From an uncultured Saprospiraceae bacterium (GTDB lineage: Bacteria; Bacteroidota; Bacteroidia; Chitinophagales; Saprospiraceae): a DNA stretch of 64,000 nucleotides. Location: positions 2,854 to 66,853 of the forward strand of contig CALJVJ010000113.1 of assembly GCA_937974625.1 (NCBI GenBank), read 5' to 3'. Under the pieces are notes generated by a model, which saw only the letters and a program-made list of their open reading frames with translations, was not told the origin of the DNA and ran no database searches. Below, piece by piece: positions 8,299 to 17,414 of this stretch. Position numbers and translations under genes: made by a program. Each line of letters starts with the position of its first letter. Position 1 is the stretch's first letter.

Positions 8299-9312
8299 CT
8301 ATTTTCTAAGCCCCCCTTTCAATTCATCTTGCAACACTTTCAATTCTGCCCAATTAGCCTTAGCGGCCAAAGCAGCTTGTTCGCCCCAAGTATCAGGCTT
8401 ATGCATTCTGAATCTTGGTCCTGCTTTGTCTAAAATCCCTCTTAATCGCGTAACGCTACTTCTTGATAATTTAGCAAATGTATCTATACCATCTGTTTTT
8501 AGTAATTGCTCTATTTTAACGCCTATACCTTCAATTCTTTTCAAATTATCAGGTCTTTTAGCAACAGCTGGTTTTCTTGTCGTTCTTGGTTTAGCAGGTG
8601 CTTTTTTAGCAACTGGTTTTCTTGTCGTAGCTGGCTTTTTAGCAACAGGTGCTTTTGTTACCCTCTTTTTTGTCGTAGTTGTTTTTTTAGCGACTGGTGC
8701 TTTTGCTACGGTTTTCTTTACAGTAGTCGATTTCTTAGCAACTGGTGCTTTTTTAGCAGCTGTTTTTCTTGGTGTTGCTGGTCTTTTGGCAACAACTTTT
8801 TTAGCAGCCGGTTTTGGTTTTGGGATACTAGTTTTTTTAGCAACTGTAGTCTTTTTAATAGCAGCTACTGGTTTTGCAACTACCTTTTTAGGAGTTGATT
8901 TTTTCACAACTCTGGACTTAGGCGTGATAATTTTTTTAATAACAACCTTAGCTGTTCTTTCTTTTTTGACTACTGTAGGCGTTACCTTATTTGGCGCTTT
9001 TTTAACCTTATCACTTACAGGTTTTGCTACCTTTATAGCCACAATTTTTGGCTTTGCTTCCTTCTTAGGAGCAATCAATTGTTTTATCTTCGAAATAGCT
9101 TTCTTGCTTTTCTTAACTTCCTTTTTAGCTTTCTTGACTTCCTTTTTTAAAGGAACAATATGAACCTTACATTTTTTAATTTGCGCTTTAACCGCTTTTT
9201 TTCTAGTTTTTTTCTCAACTTTAGCTGCTTTCAAATCTTTCCTTAATTGCTTAAGTTCTGCTGCTAATTTTTTTAATTTTTTCTTAGACAATTTTTTATC
9301 TTCTTTACTCAT
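8299..9312 (-). CDS. Lys/Ala/Pro-rich histone H1-like protein with C-terminal helix-hairpin-helix (COG3743 / H3TH-like) domain
   Basis: ORF 8299..9372; I prefer the ATG at 9312 (MSKEDKK...). About 260 aa are low-complexity with KAPVAKK-type repeats. The C-terminus reads DNLKRIEGIGVKIEQLLKTDGIDTFAKL...TWGEQAALAAKANWAELKVLQDEL, typical of the HhH domain of COG3743-type proteins. Confidence 0.7.
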   Translation of the reverse strand: MSKEDKKLSKKKLKKLAAELKQLRKDLKAAKVEKKTRKKAVKAQIKKCKVHIVPLKKEVKKAKKEVKKSKKAISKIKQLIAPKKEAKPKIVAIKVAKPVSDKVKKAPNKVTPTVVKKERTAKVVIKKIITPKSRVVKKSTPKKVVAKPVAAIKKTTVAKKTSIPKPKPAAKKVVAKRPATPRKTAAKKAPVAKKSTTVKKTVAKAPVAKKTTTTKKRVTKAPVAKKPATTRKPVAKKAPAKPRTTRKPAVAKRPDNLKRIEGIGVKIEQLLKTDGIDTFAKLSRSSVTRLRGILDKAGPRFRMHKPDTWGEQAALAAKANWAELKVLQDELKGGLRK

Positions 9313-9373
9313 TTTCTTAAAAGTTTGCTTTAGTAATAAAATAAAAGTAGGGTAAAATCTACTTTCTAACAAG

Positions 9374-10669
9374 TTATTTGGATAATTTCGCTTCAGACAA
9401 CAATAACAGTAAAGCTAATTGAGTAGACTTATAGCCTTGAACATCCAACCACCATTCATGTAAAGAATGAGCATTACGCCCCACGCCACCACGGCCAATT
9501 GTAACTGCTGGAATTCCCATAGCAATAGGAATGTTTGAATTGGTGGACCCTCTTGACAATTGAGGTCGCTTTCCAAAAAAAGCAGTACAAGCCATGGCTC
9601 GTTGAATAATTGGTAAAGATTCTGATAACTCGCCTGAAGGTCTATCCCCAATTTTTACTACATCTACGGTTAAAGGTTTTCCTAAACGCTTAATTTTATT
9701 TTGCGCAACCAAGGCTTTTTCAACTGCCTCCTTTAAAATTACATCCATAGAATCCAATCTTGCCGGGCTAACGGACCGCATATCAATCTCCATAGTCGAA
9801 GAAAAAGGAATAGAATTAATAGATGTACCTCCACCAATAACACCAACGTTATAACTCGTTTTGGGCCCATAAGCAGTAAACGCATCCGCTCCTTGAACAA
9901 AGTTATGAATAGCAGTTCCTAAAGCATGATGTGGGTTGGCCAAACCAAAAGCACCCCAAGAGTGTCCACCAGGTCCATTAAAAGTGATTCTGTAACGATG
10001 GGACCCCAACCCTTGATTGTTAACTCGCCCAATAGCGCCACCGTCAATGGCTATCCATGAATCAATTTTTGTACCTTTTTCACTAAAAAGATGTTTTACA
10101 CCCCGCAAATCACCTAACCCCTCCTCTCCTACTGAACCTACAAAAAGCACATCGTGTTCTGTTTCTATTTTTGCTTGGTTCATAACCTGTAAAACACGAA
10201 TTAGCATCGCTAAGCCACGAGTATCATCCGCTGCTCCAGGCGCATAAATGGTATCTCCTCGCATTTTAACCTTAACATCTGTTCCTTCTGGAAAAACAGT
10301 ATCTAAATGGGCATCCAATGCCACGACTTTCCCTCTTTTTATTCCTTTGCGCAAAGCCAAGACATTCCCTACTTCGTCTATCCAAATAGAGTCCACTCCT
10401 ACTGCTTTCATCATTTCTAAAAATTTGGCAGCTCTTTTTTCTTCTTTAAAAGGAGGTGCTTCGATTTCTGTTAATAAAATGTGGTCAGCAAGTGTTTGAG
10501 CACGTTGGTTTTCTATCATTGAAAAAGCCTTTTTGATAGCTTTTTTCTTTGATAACTTTCGAATTTCTTTTTGGTAAGTCTCTTCTATAGTGACCACTGC
10601 TTTCGCCTTCTCTTGACTATATCCAGTTAGGGTGTAAAAAAGTATAAAAAAGAGTGTAGAATATTTCAT
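9374..10669 (-). CDS. Secreted M20-family metallopeptidase (peptidase T / ArgE-like)
   Basis: Signal peptide, then DAHLDTVFPEGTD, GAADDTRG and VGEEGLGDLRG metal-ligand motifs typical of M20/M25/M40 hydrolases. Confidence 0.75.
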   Translation of the reverse strand: MKYSTLFFILFYTLTGYSQEKAKAVVTIEETYQKEIRKLSKKKAIKKAFSMIENQRAQTLADHILLTEIEAPPFKEEKRAAKFLEMMKAVGVDSIWIDEVGNVLALRKGIKRGKVVALDAHLDTVFPEGTDVKVKMRGDTIYAPGAADDTRGLAMLIRVLQVMNQAKIETEHDVLFVGSVGEEGLGDLRGVKHLFSEKGTKIDSWIAIDGGAIGRVNNQGLGSHRYRITFNGPGGHSWGAFGLANPHHALGTAIHNFVQGADAFTAYGPKTSYNVGVIGGGTSINSIPFSSTMEIDMRSVSPARLDSMDVILKEAVEKALVAQNKIKRLGKPLTVDVVKIGDRPSGELSESLPIIQRAMACTAFFGKRPQLSRGSTNSNIPIAMGIPAVTIGRGGVGRNAHSLHEWWLDVQGYKSTQLALLLLLSEAKLSK

Positions 10670-10880
10670 AAAACAAATGAGTTAAAAGGCAAATATGCCG
10701 TTAGGAATTGAGTCAAAAATAAGGAAAATATTTGGCTTAGAAATTAAAACTTATATCGCCTATTTTTAGGTTGACTTTCCAAATTCAGCAGGAGGTAACA
10801 AAAGCAATAAAATCAGCTAATATTCTTTACATTTTCTATATCTTACATTTTTTAGAAAAACAACTAATAAAATACTAATT

Positions 10881-11081
10881 ATGAAAGGAAAGTTTAACCT
10901 AGTAATTGGATTAATCGGTATTGCGCAAGTAATCTATTATCTGGTAATGTGTCCGACTGTAAATTGTGATGAAAGAATACTTGGATTTGGAGTATCTGGA
11001 ATCATATTCTTACTATTTTGGGGGATTTTATCAATTATTTTATTATACGGTGTATATAAAGAAAATACTAAAAAGGAGTAA
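10881..11081 (+). CDS. Possible small two-TM membrane protein
   Basis: 66-aa ORF with two hydrophobic helices and an ATG start. There is no other support. Confidence 0.3.
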   Translation: MKGKFNLVIGLIGIAQVIYYLVMCPTVNCDERILGFGVSGIIFLLFWGILSIILLYGVYKENTKKE

Positions 11082-11201
11082 AAAAATCATTTTCAACAAG
11101 ACCAAAAAGAAAATGGGCTTATCTTTCATCCTTTTAGCGAAAATAAGATATCAAGGCAATAAAGAAATACTAAATATTTTTTATCTGAGTAAAATGTAAC
11201 T

Positions 11202-12236
11202 ATGGATAAAGCAAAAGAAATTAGAAAAGGAGAAGGATTGGATTGGGATAAGTTAGAAGTATATTTAAGGGCAAATCTTCCAGAATTAACAGGCGAAATG
11301 TCCGTATCGCAATTTCACGGAGGCCATGCTAACCTAACTTATTTGTTAAAATTTGGGGAGAAAGAACTAGTTTTGAGGCGACCACCTTTTGGTAAAATTG
11401 CGCCGGGGGCACACGATATGAAACGAGAATACCGAGTTTTATCCAAACTATATACCCACTTCTCCCCTGCCCCTAGAGCCTATCATTTGTGTGAGGAAGA
11501 AACAGTAGTCGGTGCCAAATTTGTGGTAATTGAGCGTCGAACAGGTGTAATCGTTCGGTACAAATTATTAGACTGTTTTAAAGAATTTGATAATCCAGAA
11601 AAACGACTGACCAAAGCAATGATTAACGCAGAATCGGAACTTCATCAAGTTGATTATCATTCTGCTAATTTAAGTAAATTGGGCAGGCCCGAAGGTTTTT
11701 TAGAACGACAATTGGCTGGATGGGCTAAAAGATGGGAATTGTCAAAAATTGAAGAAAATAAAGATATGGACACCATTTTGTCTTTATTAAAAAAGAATAT
11801 ACCAACTACACAGACCGTTTCTATTGTCCACAACGATATAAAATTTGATAATTGTCAATTTCAATCAGACAATCCAGACAAAGTCACTTCCATTTTTGAT
11901 TGGGACATGTGTACTTTAGGAGACCCCTTAACTGATTTTGGTTCGACCTTAAGTTACTGGCCTGAGCCTTATTTCGAACAATTTGATTTACCTGTGATGT
12001 TATCTGGAAACTTCCCTTCCAAAGCATTTTTAATAGAAAATTACGCTCAATCCACTGGTTTTGATTTGAGTCAAATTACCTGGTACGAAGCTTTTGCTTA
12101 TTGGAAAGGAGCTATCATTGCCCAGCAATTATATCAACGCTATGTGAATGGTGCAAGTACCGACCCAAGAATGGAAAAATTTGGAAATACGGCAACCGCT
12201 TTCACAAAATTTGTCCTTCATTTATTGAACAAATAA
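11202..12236 (+). CDS. Phosphotransferase (aminoglycoside-phosphotransferase fold) family protein of the ACAD10/ACAD11 N-terminal / LvaA-like type
   Basis: FHGGHANLTYLL, LVLRRPPFG, AHDMKREYRVLSKL, catalytic-loop-like IVHNDIKFDNC, and DWDMCTLGDP (DxD). This pattern is seen in APH-domain kinases associated with acyl-CoA dehydrogenases. Confidence 0.75.
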   Translation: MDKAKEIRKGEGLDWDKLEVYLRANLPELTGEMSVSQFHGGHANLTYLLKFGEKELVLRRPPFGKIAPGAHDMKREYRVLSKLYTHFSPAPRAYHLCEEETVVGAKFVVIERRTGVIVRYKLLDCFKEFDNPEKRLTKAMINAESELHQVDYHSANLSKLGRPEGFLERQLAGWAKRWELSKIEENKDMDTILSLLKKNIPTTQTVSIVHNDIKFDNCQFQSDNPDKVTSIFDWDMCTLGDPLTDFGSTLSYWPEPYFEQFDLPVMLSGNFPSKAFLIENYAQSTGFDLSQITWYEAFAYWKGAIIAQQLYQRYVNGASTDPRMEKFGNTATAFTKFVLHLLNK

Positions 12237-12246
12237 AATAAATCGC

Positions 12247-12504
12247 ATGTCAAAATACGACCTTAATGACCCAACAGATGTAGATATCATGAAAGCCCAA
12301 TTCGATATGTATACAGCCGAAGAATGGGAAGAATTTATCAAGTTAGCAGAAGAGGATAAAATGGGGTATAAAAATATCAATATTCTTAAAACGGCTAGTC
12401 GAAAAGCTGGGATGTCTAAATATCTCAGTGTCAAGGTCATCAATTGGGTGATGTCATTGGTGGAAAAATTAGAGTTTGAAGACGATGAATATGAAGATGA
12501 ATAA
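12247..12504 (+). CDS. Small acidic hypothetical protein (85 aa)
   Basis: ATG starts 10 nt after the kinase stop on the same strand. The C-terminal tail is acidic (EFEDDEYEDE). I recognise no family. Confidence 0.5.
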   Translation: MSKYDLNDPTDVDIMKAQFDMYTAEEWEEFIKLAEEDKMGYKNINILKTASRKAGMSKYLSVKVINWVMSLVEKLEFEDDEYEDE

Positions 12505-12620
12505 GCGCCCCGGAAGGGTGAATGTCCAGTATGAGCAAACATAGTTTGTGAACCGTGAAACGGGTGGGCAAGCCAAAGGAGAGAACCGCAAAGCGGATGG
12601 GAAACCGAAATAATACCTAT
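12503..12620 (+). ncRNA. Structured GC-rich element resembling the 5' end (domain I) of a bacterial group II intron; orphan fragment
   Basis: AAGCGCCCCGGAAGGGUGAAUGUCCAGUAUG resembles, from memory, Ll.LtrB GUGCGCCCAGAUAGGGUGUUAAGUCAAGUAG. AACCGCAAAGCGGAUGGGAAACCG resembles AACCGAAAAGCGAAAGCUGAUACGGGAACAG. Local hairpins are CCC/GGG (12508-12518), CAAAC/GUUUG (12536-12548), CCG/CGG (12553-12563) and CCGC/GCGG (12585-12595). I saw no RT ORF or domain V nearby. Confidence 0.4.
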
Positions 12621-12691
12621 GTCATTGTACCAATAAAACAGCAATCACAAAAAAGCTAAACAACTCAATTTTACAAAAAATAATTCATCAA

Positions 12692-13444
12692 ATGCAATTT
12701 AAAAATCAGTCCGTCATCGTCACAGGAGGAAGTTCAGGAATTGGCCGGGCAACTGCTTTAGAATTTTCAAAAAGAGGCGCAAATGTAATTGTCTCAGACA
12801 TAAATGAAGCTGGAGGAAAAGAAACAACGGAACTTATTAAAGCCAACGGAGGCAAGGCCATTTTTGTAAAAACCGATGTTGCTAATTGGGAAGAAGTTCA
12901 ATCTTTAATCAATACCTGTTTAGAAAAGTATGGTCAACTAGACCATATGATAAATAATGCAGGTATTGGTCAAGGCTTATACTTTTTTGACCAAATCACT
13001 ATTGAGCATTGGAACAAAACGATTGCCGTAAATCAAACTGGTGTTTTTTACTGCATGAAAGCAGCCCTTAAGGTAATGAAAGGCCAGAGAAGAGGAAATA
13101 TTATCAATACTGCCTCAGCGGCGGGTATCGCTGCGGCACCAAGAATGGGTGCCTATGCAGCAAGCAAACATGCAGTAGTGGGTATGACTAAAACTGCCGC
13201 CCATGAATTTGGTAAATATGGAATTAGAATCAATGCCATTTGTCCAACAGTAATAGAAACACCTATGGGAGATGGCTATTTAGCTAATAATGATGAATTA
13301 AAAGAAAAAATGCGGCAATCTGTGCCGATGAAGCGGTTTGGCAAACCAGAAGAAGTAGCTAGAACCATCTGCTGGTTATGCGGAGAAGATGCTAGTTATT
13401 TAAATGGAATAGCCTTACCAATAGATGGCGGTTCTAACGCCTAA
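12692..13444 (+). CDS. SDR-family oxidoreductase (FabG / glucose-1-dehydrogenase-like)
   Basis: TGGSSGIGRA (TGxxxGxG), NNAG, and the S...YAASKHAV (YxxxK) catalytic motif. Confidence 0.85.
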   Translation: MQFKNQSVIVTGGSSGIGRATALEFSKRGANVIVSDINEAGGKETTELIKANGGKAIFVKTDVANWEEVQSLINTCLEKYGQLDHMINNAGIGQGLYFFDQITIEHWNKTIAVNQTGVFYCMKAALKVMKGQRRGNIINTASAAGIAAAPRMGAYAASKHAVVGMTKTAAHEFGKYGIRINAICPTVIETPMGDGYLANNDELKEKMRQSVPMKRFGKPEEVARTICWLCGEDASYLNGIALPIDGGSNA

Positions 13445-13458
13445 TAAACACAATCAGT

Positions 13459-14433
13459 ATGAAAAAATGGATTAAAATTTTGCTGGGCTTGATAGGATTT
13501 TTAGTATTAACAGCACTTATCTTACGTCAAATTTATTTAACAGATGGATATATCGCTGCACCAAATTTAACTGGAGATTTAATCACCACAACTATCCAAA
13601 GTAATAATCAAGCTAGAAATTTTCAATGGTATGCACCTAAAAACATAAAAACCAAAAGTATTGTTTTTGTATTGCATGGCTCAACGGGAACAGGAGAAGG
13701 GGTAAGAGAACAAACCGCCTATGAATTCGACCAATTAGCAGACCAAGAAGGCTTTGTAGCCGTTTATCCAACAGGTTATTTAAATCACTGGAATGATTGC
13801 CGAGGCTCCGCGGATTACGAGGCAAATATTAAAAATATTGATGATATTACTTTTTTAAAAGAAATAGAAACTTACCTTAGTGAAAATTTAAATTTGTCCT
13901 TTGAGCATAGGTTCGCAACAGGACATTCAAATGGTGGGCATTTTTGTTTTAAATTGGCTTTAGAAGCCCCTAATTGGATTGATGGAATAGCTGCCATTTC
14001 AGCCAATTTACCAATCGCTGATAATTTAGATTGTCAAAAAAGTGGGCAGTTTGTGCCATTATTATTGATAAACGGAACGGATGACAAGGTAAATCCTTAT
14101 AATGGTGGTTTAGTTTCCATTTTAGGAAATGATTCCAGAGGGACCGTAATGTCAACAGAGGAAACGATGAATTATTGGACTAAATTAAATGACTGTTTGA
14201 AAGCTTCAAATCCAATAAAATTAGCGGACACAAATTCAACAGACAATTCCGATGTAGAACAAATAAAATGGAGATGCGAGAACCAGACGCAAGCCATCCT
14301 TTATAAAATAAATGGAGGAGGACATACGATACCACATACCAAAAGTAAAATGCCAAAAATATTAGGTGCGACCAATCAAGATATTGATGCTGCAACTGAA
14401 ATATGGCAATTTTTCAAGAAACAAATTCAATAA
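13459..14433 (+). CDS. Alpha/beta-hydrolase esterase of the PHB-depolymerase (LpqC-like) family, membrane-anchored or secreted
   Basis: N-terminal TM/signal segment, LHGSTGTGE, and nucleophile elbow GHSNGG. The length and pattern are those of polyhydroxybutyrate depolymerase-family esterases. Confidence 0.65.
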   Translation: MKKWIKILLGLIGFLVLTALILRQIYLTDGYIAAPNLTGDLITTTIQSNNQARNFQWYAPKNIKTKSIVFVLHGSTGTGEGVREQTAYEFDQLADQEGFVAVYPTGYLNHWNDCRGSADYEANIKNIDDITFLKEIETYLSENLNLSFEHRFATGHSNGGHFCFKLALEAPNWIDGIAAISANLPIADNLDCQKSGQFVPLLLINGTDDKVNPYNGGLVSILGNDSRGTVMSTEETMNYWTKLNDCLKASNPIKLADTNSTDNSDVEQIKWRCENQTQAILYKINGGGHTIPHTKSKMPKILGATNQDIDAATEIWQFFKKQIQ

Positions 14434-14434
14434 A

Positions 14435-15196
14435 ATGATAGAAGATTTATTCAGTTTAAAAGGAAAGATAGCACTAGTTACAGGAGGTGCCAAAGGCATA
14501 GGCGCAATGATTACAAGAGGATTAGTAGAATCTGGAGTAAAAGTTTATATAAGTTCTCGTTCGGCAGAAGCATGCTCTACTTACGCCCAAGAGATGAGCC
14601 AATATGGTACTTGTATCGCATTACCCGCTAATTTATTAGCCATTGAAAATATAGATGCCTTAGCAGCCACCTTATCTGATAGAGAATCAAAAATTGATAT
14701 TTTAATCAATAATTCAGGAGCAACTTGGGGGGCACCTATTGATAGTTTCCCAGAAAAAGGATGGGACAAAGTCATGGATTTGAATGTTAAATCTGTCTTC
14801 TTTTTAACCAAAAGCCTATTGCCTTTATTAAAAGCAGGAGCAACCAAAGCAGACCCAAGTAGAGTAATTACGATTACTTCCATTGCAGGAATCACTCATG
14901 GCGGATTGTCCGCTATTTCTTATAATGCAAGTAAAGCTGCAGCTAACCATATGACCAAAGTATTGGCACATGAGTTGGCAAAAGAAAAAATCTTAGTGAA
15001 TGCTATAGCACCTGGTTTCTTCCCAAGCAATATGACCAAACATTTTGATGCAGAAGCATTAGGAAAAGCAAATCCAGTTGGCAGAATTGGTCAGCCTTCA
15101 GACATTGCAGGATTGGTTATTTATTTGTGTTCAAAGGCAGGAAGCTTTATGACAGGAAATGTCATTCCATTAGATGGAGGACTGCTTGTATCCTAA
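14435..15196 (+). CDS. SDR-family oxidoreductase
   Basis: ORF 14366..15196; I prefer the ATG at 14435, 1 nt after the preceding stop (MIEDLFSLKGKIALVTGGAKGIG). It has NNSG and a YNASKAA (YxxxK) motif. Confidence 0.85.
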   Translation: MIEDLFSLKGKIALVTGGAKGIGAMITRGLVESGVKVYISSRSAEACSTYAQEMSQYGTCIALPANLLAIENIDALAATLSDRESKIDILINNSGATWGAPIDSFPEKGWDKVMDLNVKSVFFLTKSLLPLLKAGATKADPSRVITITSIAGITHGGLSAISYNASKAAANHMTKVLAHELAKEKILVNAIAPGFFPSNMTKHFDAEALGKANPVGRIGQPSDIAGLVIYLCSKAGSFMTGNVIPLDGGLLVS

Positions 15197-15266
15197 ATCG
15201 CATAGACAACCCTTTTACTACATTTACCAAATATAAATCATACAATTTACATTTCAAATCAAATAA

Positions 15267-16403
15267 ATGAGCACAACAATAAGCCACCCTTCTACAGGAA
15301 AAGAATTAAGAACCTTAGTCACGGAAGACGGAACTTTAAAATTAGCTATTGAAAACTTCCCAATTCCTGAGCCAAAAGCCCATGAAGTAATAGTAAAAAT
15401 AGAAGCAACAGCCATCAACCCTTCAGATGTCGGCGTAGTCATCGGATTCCCAGCTTTGGGTAATATTGATGTTTTTGGTACGAATGCCGCACCAAAAACA
15501 CCAAAAATACCTGCTGCCTTTCTACCAGCTTATAAAGGTCGGTTCGGTATGAATTTACCCGCTGGAAATGAAGGCGCAGGAAGAGTCATAGCAGCAGGAG
15601 CAGATGCACAGCATTTGATGGGAAAAGTGGTCGCACTTTTTGGGATGAGTTCTTATGCACAATATCGATGTGTACCAGCCGCTGCTTGTATGCCAATGAA
15701 TGAAGGTACAACCCCTAGACAAGCCGCTGCAGCGTGTGTCAATCCATTGACCGTTTTAGCCATGATTGAAACCATGAAAATGGAAAATCATACCGCAATG
15801 ATAAATACCGCAGCAGCATCCAACTTAGGACAAATGTTGGTTAAAGCTTGTGCAGATGACGGCATTCCGTTAGTGAATATTGTTAGAAAAGAAGCGCAAG
15901 TCGATTTATTAAAATCAATTGGTGCAAAATATGTCTGCAATTCTAGTGCCCCCACCTTTTCACAGGATTTATTGGATGCAATTGTAGAATCAGGTGCTAC
16001 TTTAGGTTTTGATGCTATTGGTGGTGGAGACATGGTCAATCACATTTTAGATGCCATGGAAAAGGCAGAACAAAAAAAGGCAACTGCTTTTAGTCGCTAT
16101 GGTTCTACTACGCATAAACAAGTATATATTTACGGTGGATTAACACACAAACCTACTGTCTTAAAGCGGTCTTATGGCATGTTTTGGGGTGTTGGCGGTT
16201 GGTTGGTTACGCCAATCATTCAAAGAGTAGGACCAGCAAAGTTTACTGAAATGAAAAAAAGAGTCGCGAATGAAATTACTACGACTTTTAAAAGTGAATT
16301 CTACAAAGAAATCTCTTTAGAAGAAGCGATTATGCCAGATACTATTTGTGCCTATGCCAAGCAAGAAAGTGGACGGAAGTATTTGATTAATCCGACTTTA
16401 TAG
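15267..16403 (+). CDS. Medium-chain dehydrogenase/reductase (quinone oxidoreductase / enoyl reductase-like) family protein
   Basis: GroES-like N-terminus (HEVIVKIEATAINPSD, AGNEGAGRV) and a Rossmann domain (NTAAASNLGQML). I saw no obvious structural-zinc Cys cluster. Confidence 0.7.
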   Translation: MSTTISHPSTGKELRTLVTEDGTLKLAIENFPIPEPKAHEVIVKIEATAINPSDVGVVIGFPALGNIDVFGTNAAPKTPKIPAAFLPAYKGRFGMNLPAGNEGAGRVIAAGADAQHLMGKVVALFGMSSYAQYRCVPAAACMPMNEGTTPRQAAAACVNPLTVLAMIETMKMENHTAMINTAAASNLGQMLVKACADDGIPLVNIVRKEAQVDLLKSIGAKYVCNSSAPTFSQDLLDAIVESGATLGFDAIGGGDMVNHILDAMEKAEQKKATAFSRYGSTTHKQVYIYGGLTHKPTVLKRSYGMFWGVGGWLVTPIIQRVGPAKFTEMKKRVANEITTTFKSEFYKEISLEEAIMPDTICAYAKQESGRKYLINPTL

Positions 16404-16587
16404 GTTATCAGTCAGTCGCAGACAGGTTTGAAGTTATTACTTGGTATTATTGGAGGTTATTATCGGTTACCCAAAATAACTTTCAACAAGTTTAGACAAA
16501 TTTAATATTTAATAATGGCTATTAAGTAAAAGGTAATTAAGGCAGGGCTTGAAATAAATGTATTTGAATAATATATGTTTTACTCTA

Positions 16588-16622
16588 TCCTTTCCCTTTG
16601 CCCCATGCCCTACGCCCTTTGC
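16588..16622 (+). repeat. Five tandem C-rich heptamers (TCCTTTC CCTTTGC CCCATGC CCTACGC CCTTTGC)
   Basis: Read directly from the sequence. The array ends 15 nt before the ATG at 16638. Confidence 0.8.
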
Positions 16623-16637
16623 TAAAAATCAAAATTT

Positions 16638-17408
16638 ATGGAATTAAAAGGAAAAGTTGCCGTAGTGACAGGCGGGGCTTCAGGCTTAGGCGAAGCCACT
16701 GTTCGGAACATTGTCGCCAATGGAGGTAAGGCCCTCATTATGGACCTAAACATGGACCGAGGTAAAGCAATTGTGGCGGAGTTAGGAAAAGACAAAGTCA
16801 TTTTTGATAAAACCGACGTGACTAGTGAAAGCCAAGTTAAGGAAGCTTTAGAACGAGTAGTTAGAGAATTTGGTGGTATTCACATTTGTATTAATTGTGC
16901 AGGCATTGGGTCTGGTATAAAAACCGTTGGTAAAAACGGTCCACATCCATTAGATGTTTTCAAAAAGGTCGTATCTATCAATTTAATTGGTACTTTTAAT
17001 GTTTTGAGACTTTGTGCAGAAATCATGCAAAGTAACGAACCAAACGCAGAAGGTGAACGAGGTGTAATCATCAATACAGCAAGTGTTGCTGCATTTGATG
17101 GACAAGTAGGTCAAGCAGCTTATGCTGCCTCTAAAGGCGGGGTCGTTGGCATGACTTTACCGATTGCAAGAGATTTGGCTAGAGCAGGTATTCGATGTTG
17201 TACGATTGCTCCCGGTCTATTTCACACACCGCTTTTTGATACCTTGCCTCAAGAAGCTTATGATTCTTTAAGTGCACAAGTACCTTTTCCAAAAAGATTA
17301 GGAAAACCTGCGGAATATGCAAAGATGACTCAATCTATTATTGAAAATCCGATGCTGAATGCAGAGACTATTAGATTAGATGGAGCTATTAGAATGGCAC
17401 CGAGATAG
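16638..17408 (+). CDS. 3-hydroxyacyl-CoA dehydrogenase type-2 (HSD17B10 / FadB2-like) SDR
   Basis: [55 protein letters not shown]. This is a close match to the HSD10-type SDR pattern. Confidence 0.8.
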   Translation: MELKGKVAVVTGGASGLGEATVRNIVANGGKALIMDLNMDRGKAIVAELGKDKVIFDKTDVTSESQVKEALERVVREFGGIHICINCAGIGSGIKTVGKNGPHPLDVFKKVVSINLIGTFNVLRLCAEIMQSNEPNAEGERGVIINTASVAAFDGQVGQAAYAASKGGVVGMTLPIARDLARAGIRCCTIAPGLFHTPLFDTLPQEAYDSLSAQVPFPKRLGKPAEYAKMTQSIIENPMLNAETIRLDGAIRMAPR

Positions 17409-17414
17409 GATGCT

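Noticed and set aside
8426-9163. Long plus-strand ORFs (245 aa and 130 aa) opposite the Lys-rich gene
   Set aside because: Their translations are Phe/Leu/Gly/Ala low-complexity mirror images of the KAPVAKK repeats. They are artefacts of the repetitive antisense strand.
10966-11199. 77-aa ORF overlapping the small membrane ORF in another frame
   Set aside because: It is Lys/Tyr/Ile-rich AT-driven sequence and overlaps a more plausible two-TM ORF. Nothing supports it.
12505-12620. Alternative readings of the GC-rich island as a cobalamin riboswitch or SRP/4.5S RNA
   Set aside because: GGTGAATGTCC loosely recalls the B12 element, but no GCCACTG-type B12 box follows. CCGGAAGG recalls the SRP domain IV, but the flanking symmetric-loop sequences (AGCAGC etc.) are absent. 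The group II intron 5'-end resemblance is much longer.
12222-12644. 140-aa minus-strand ORF covering the small acidic ORF and the GC-rich island
   Set aside because: It has no recognisable features and is Ser-rich low-complexity sequence. It runs antisense to a better-placed ORF and across the structured RNA-like segment, so it is probably spurious.
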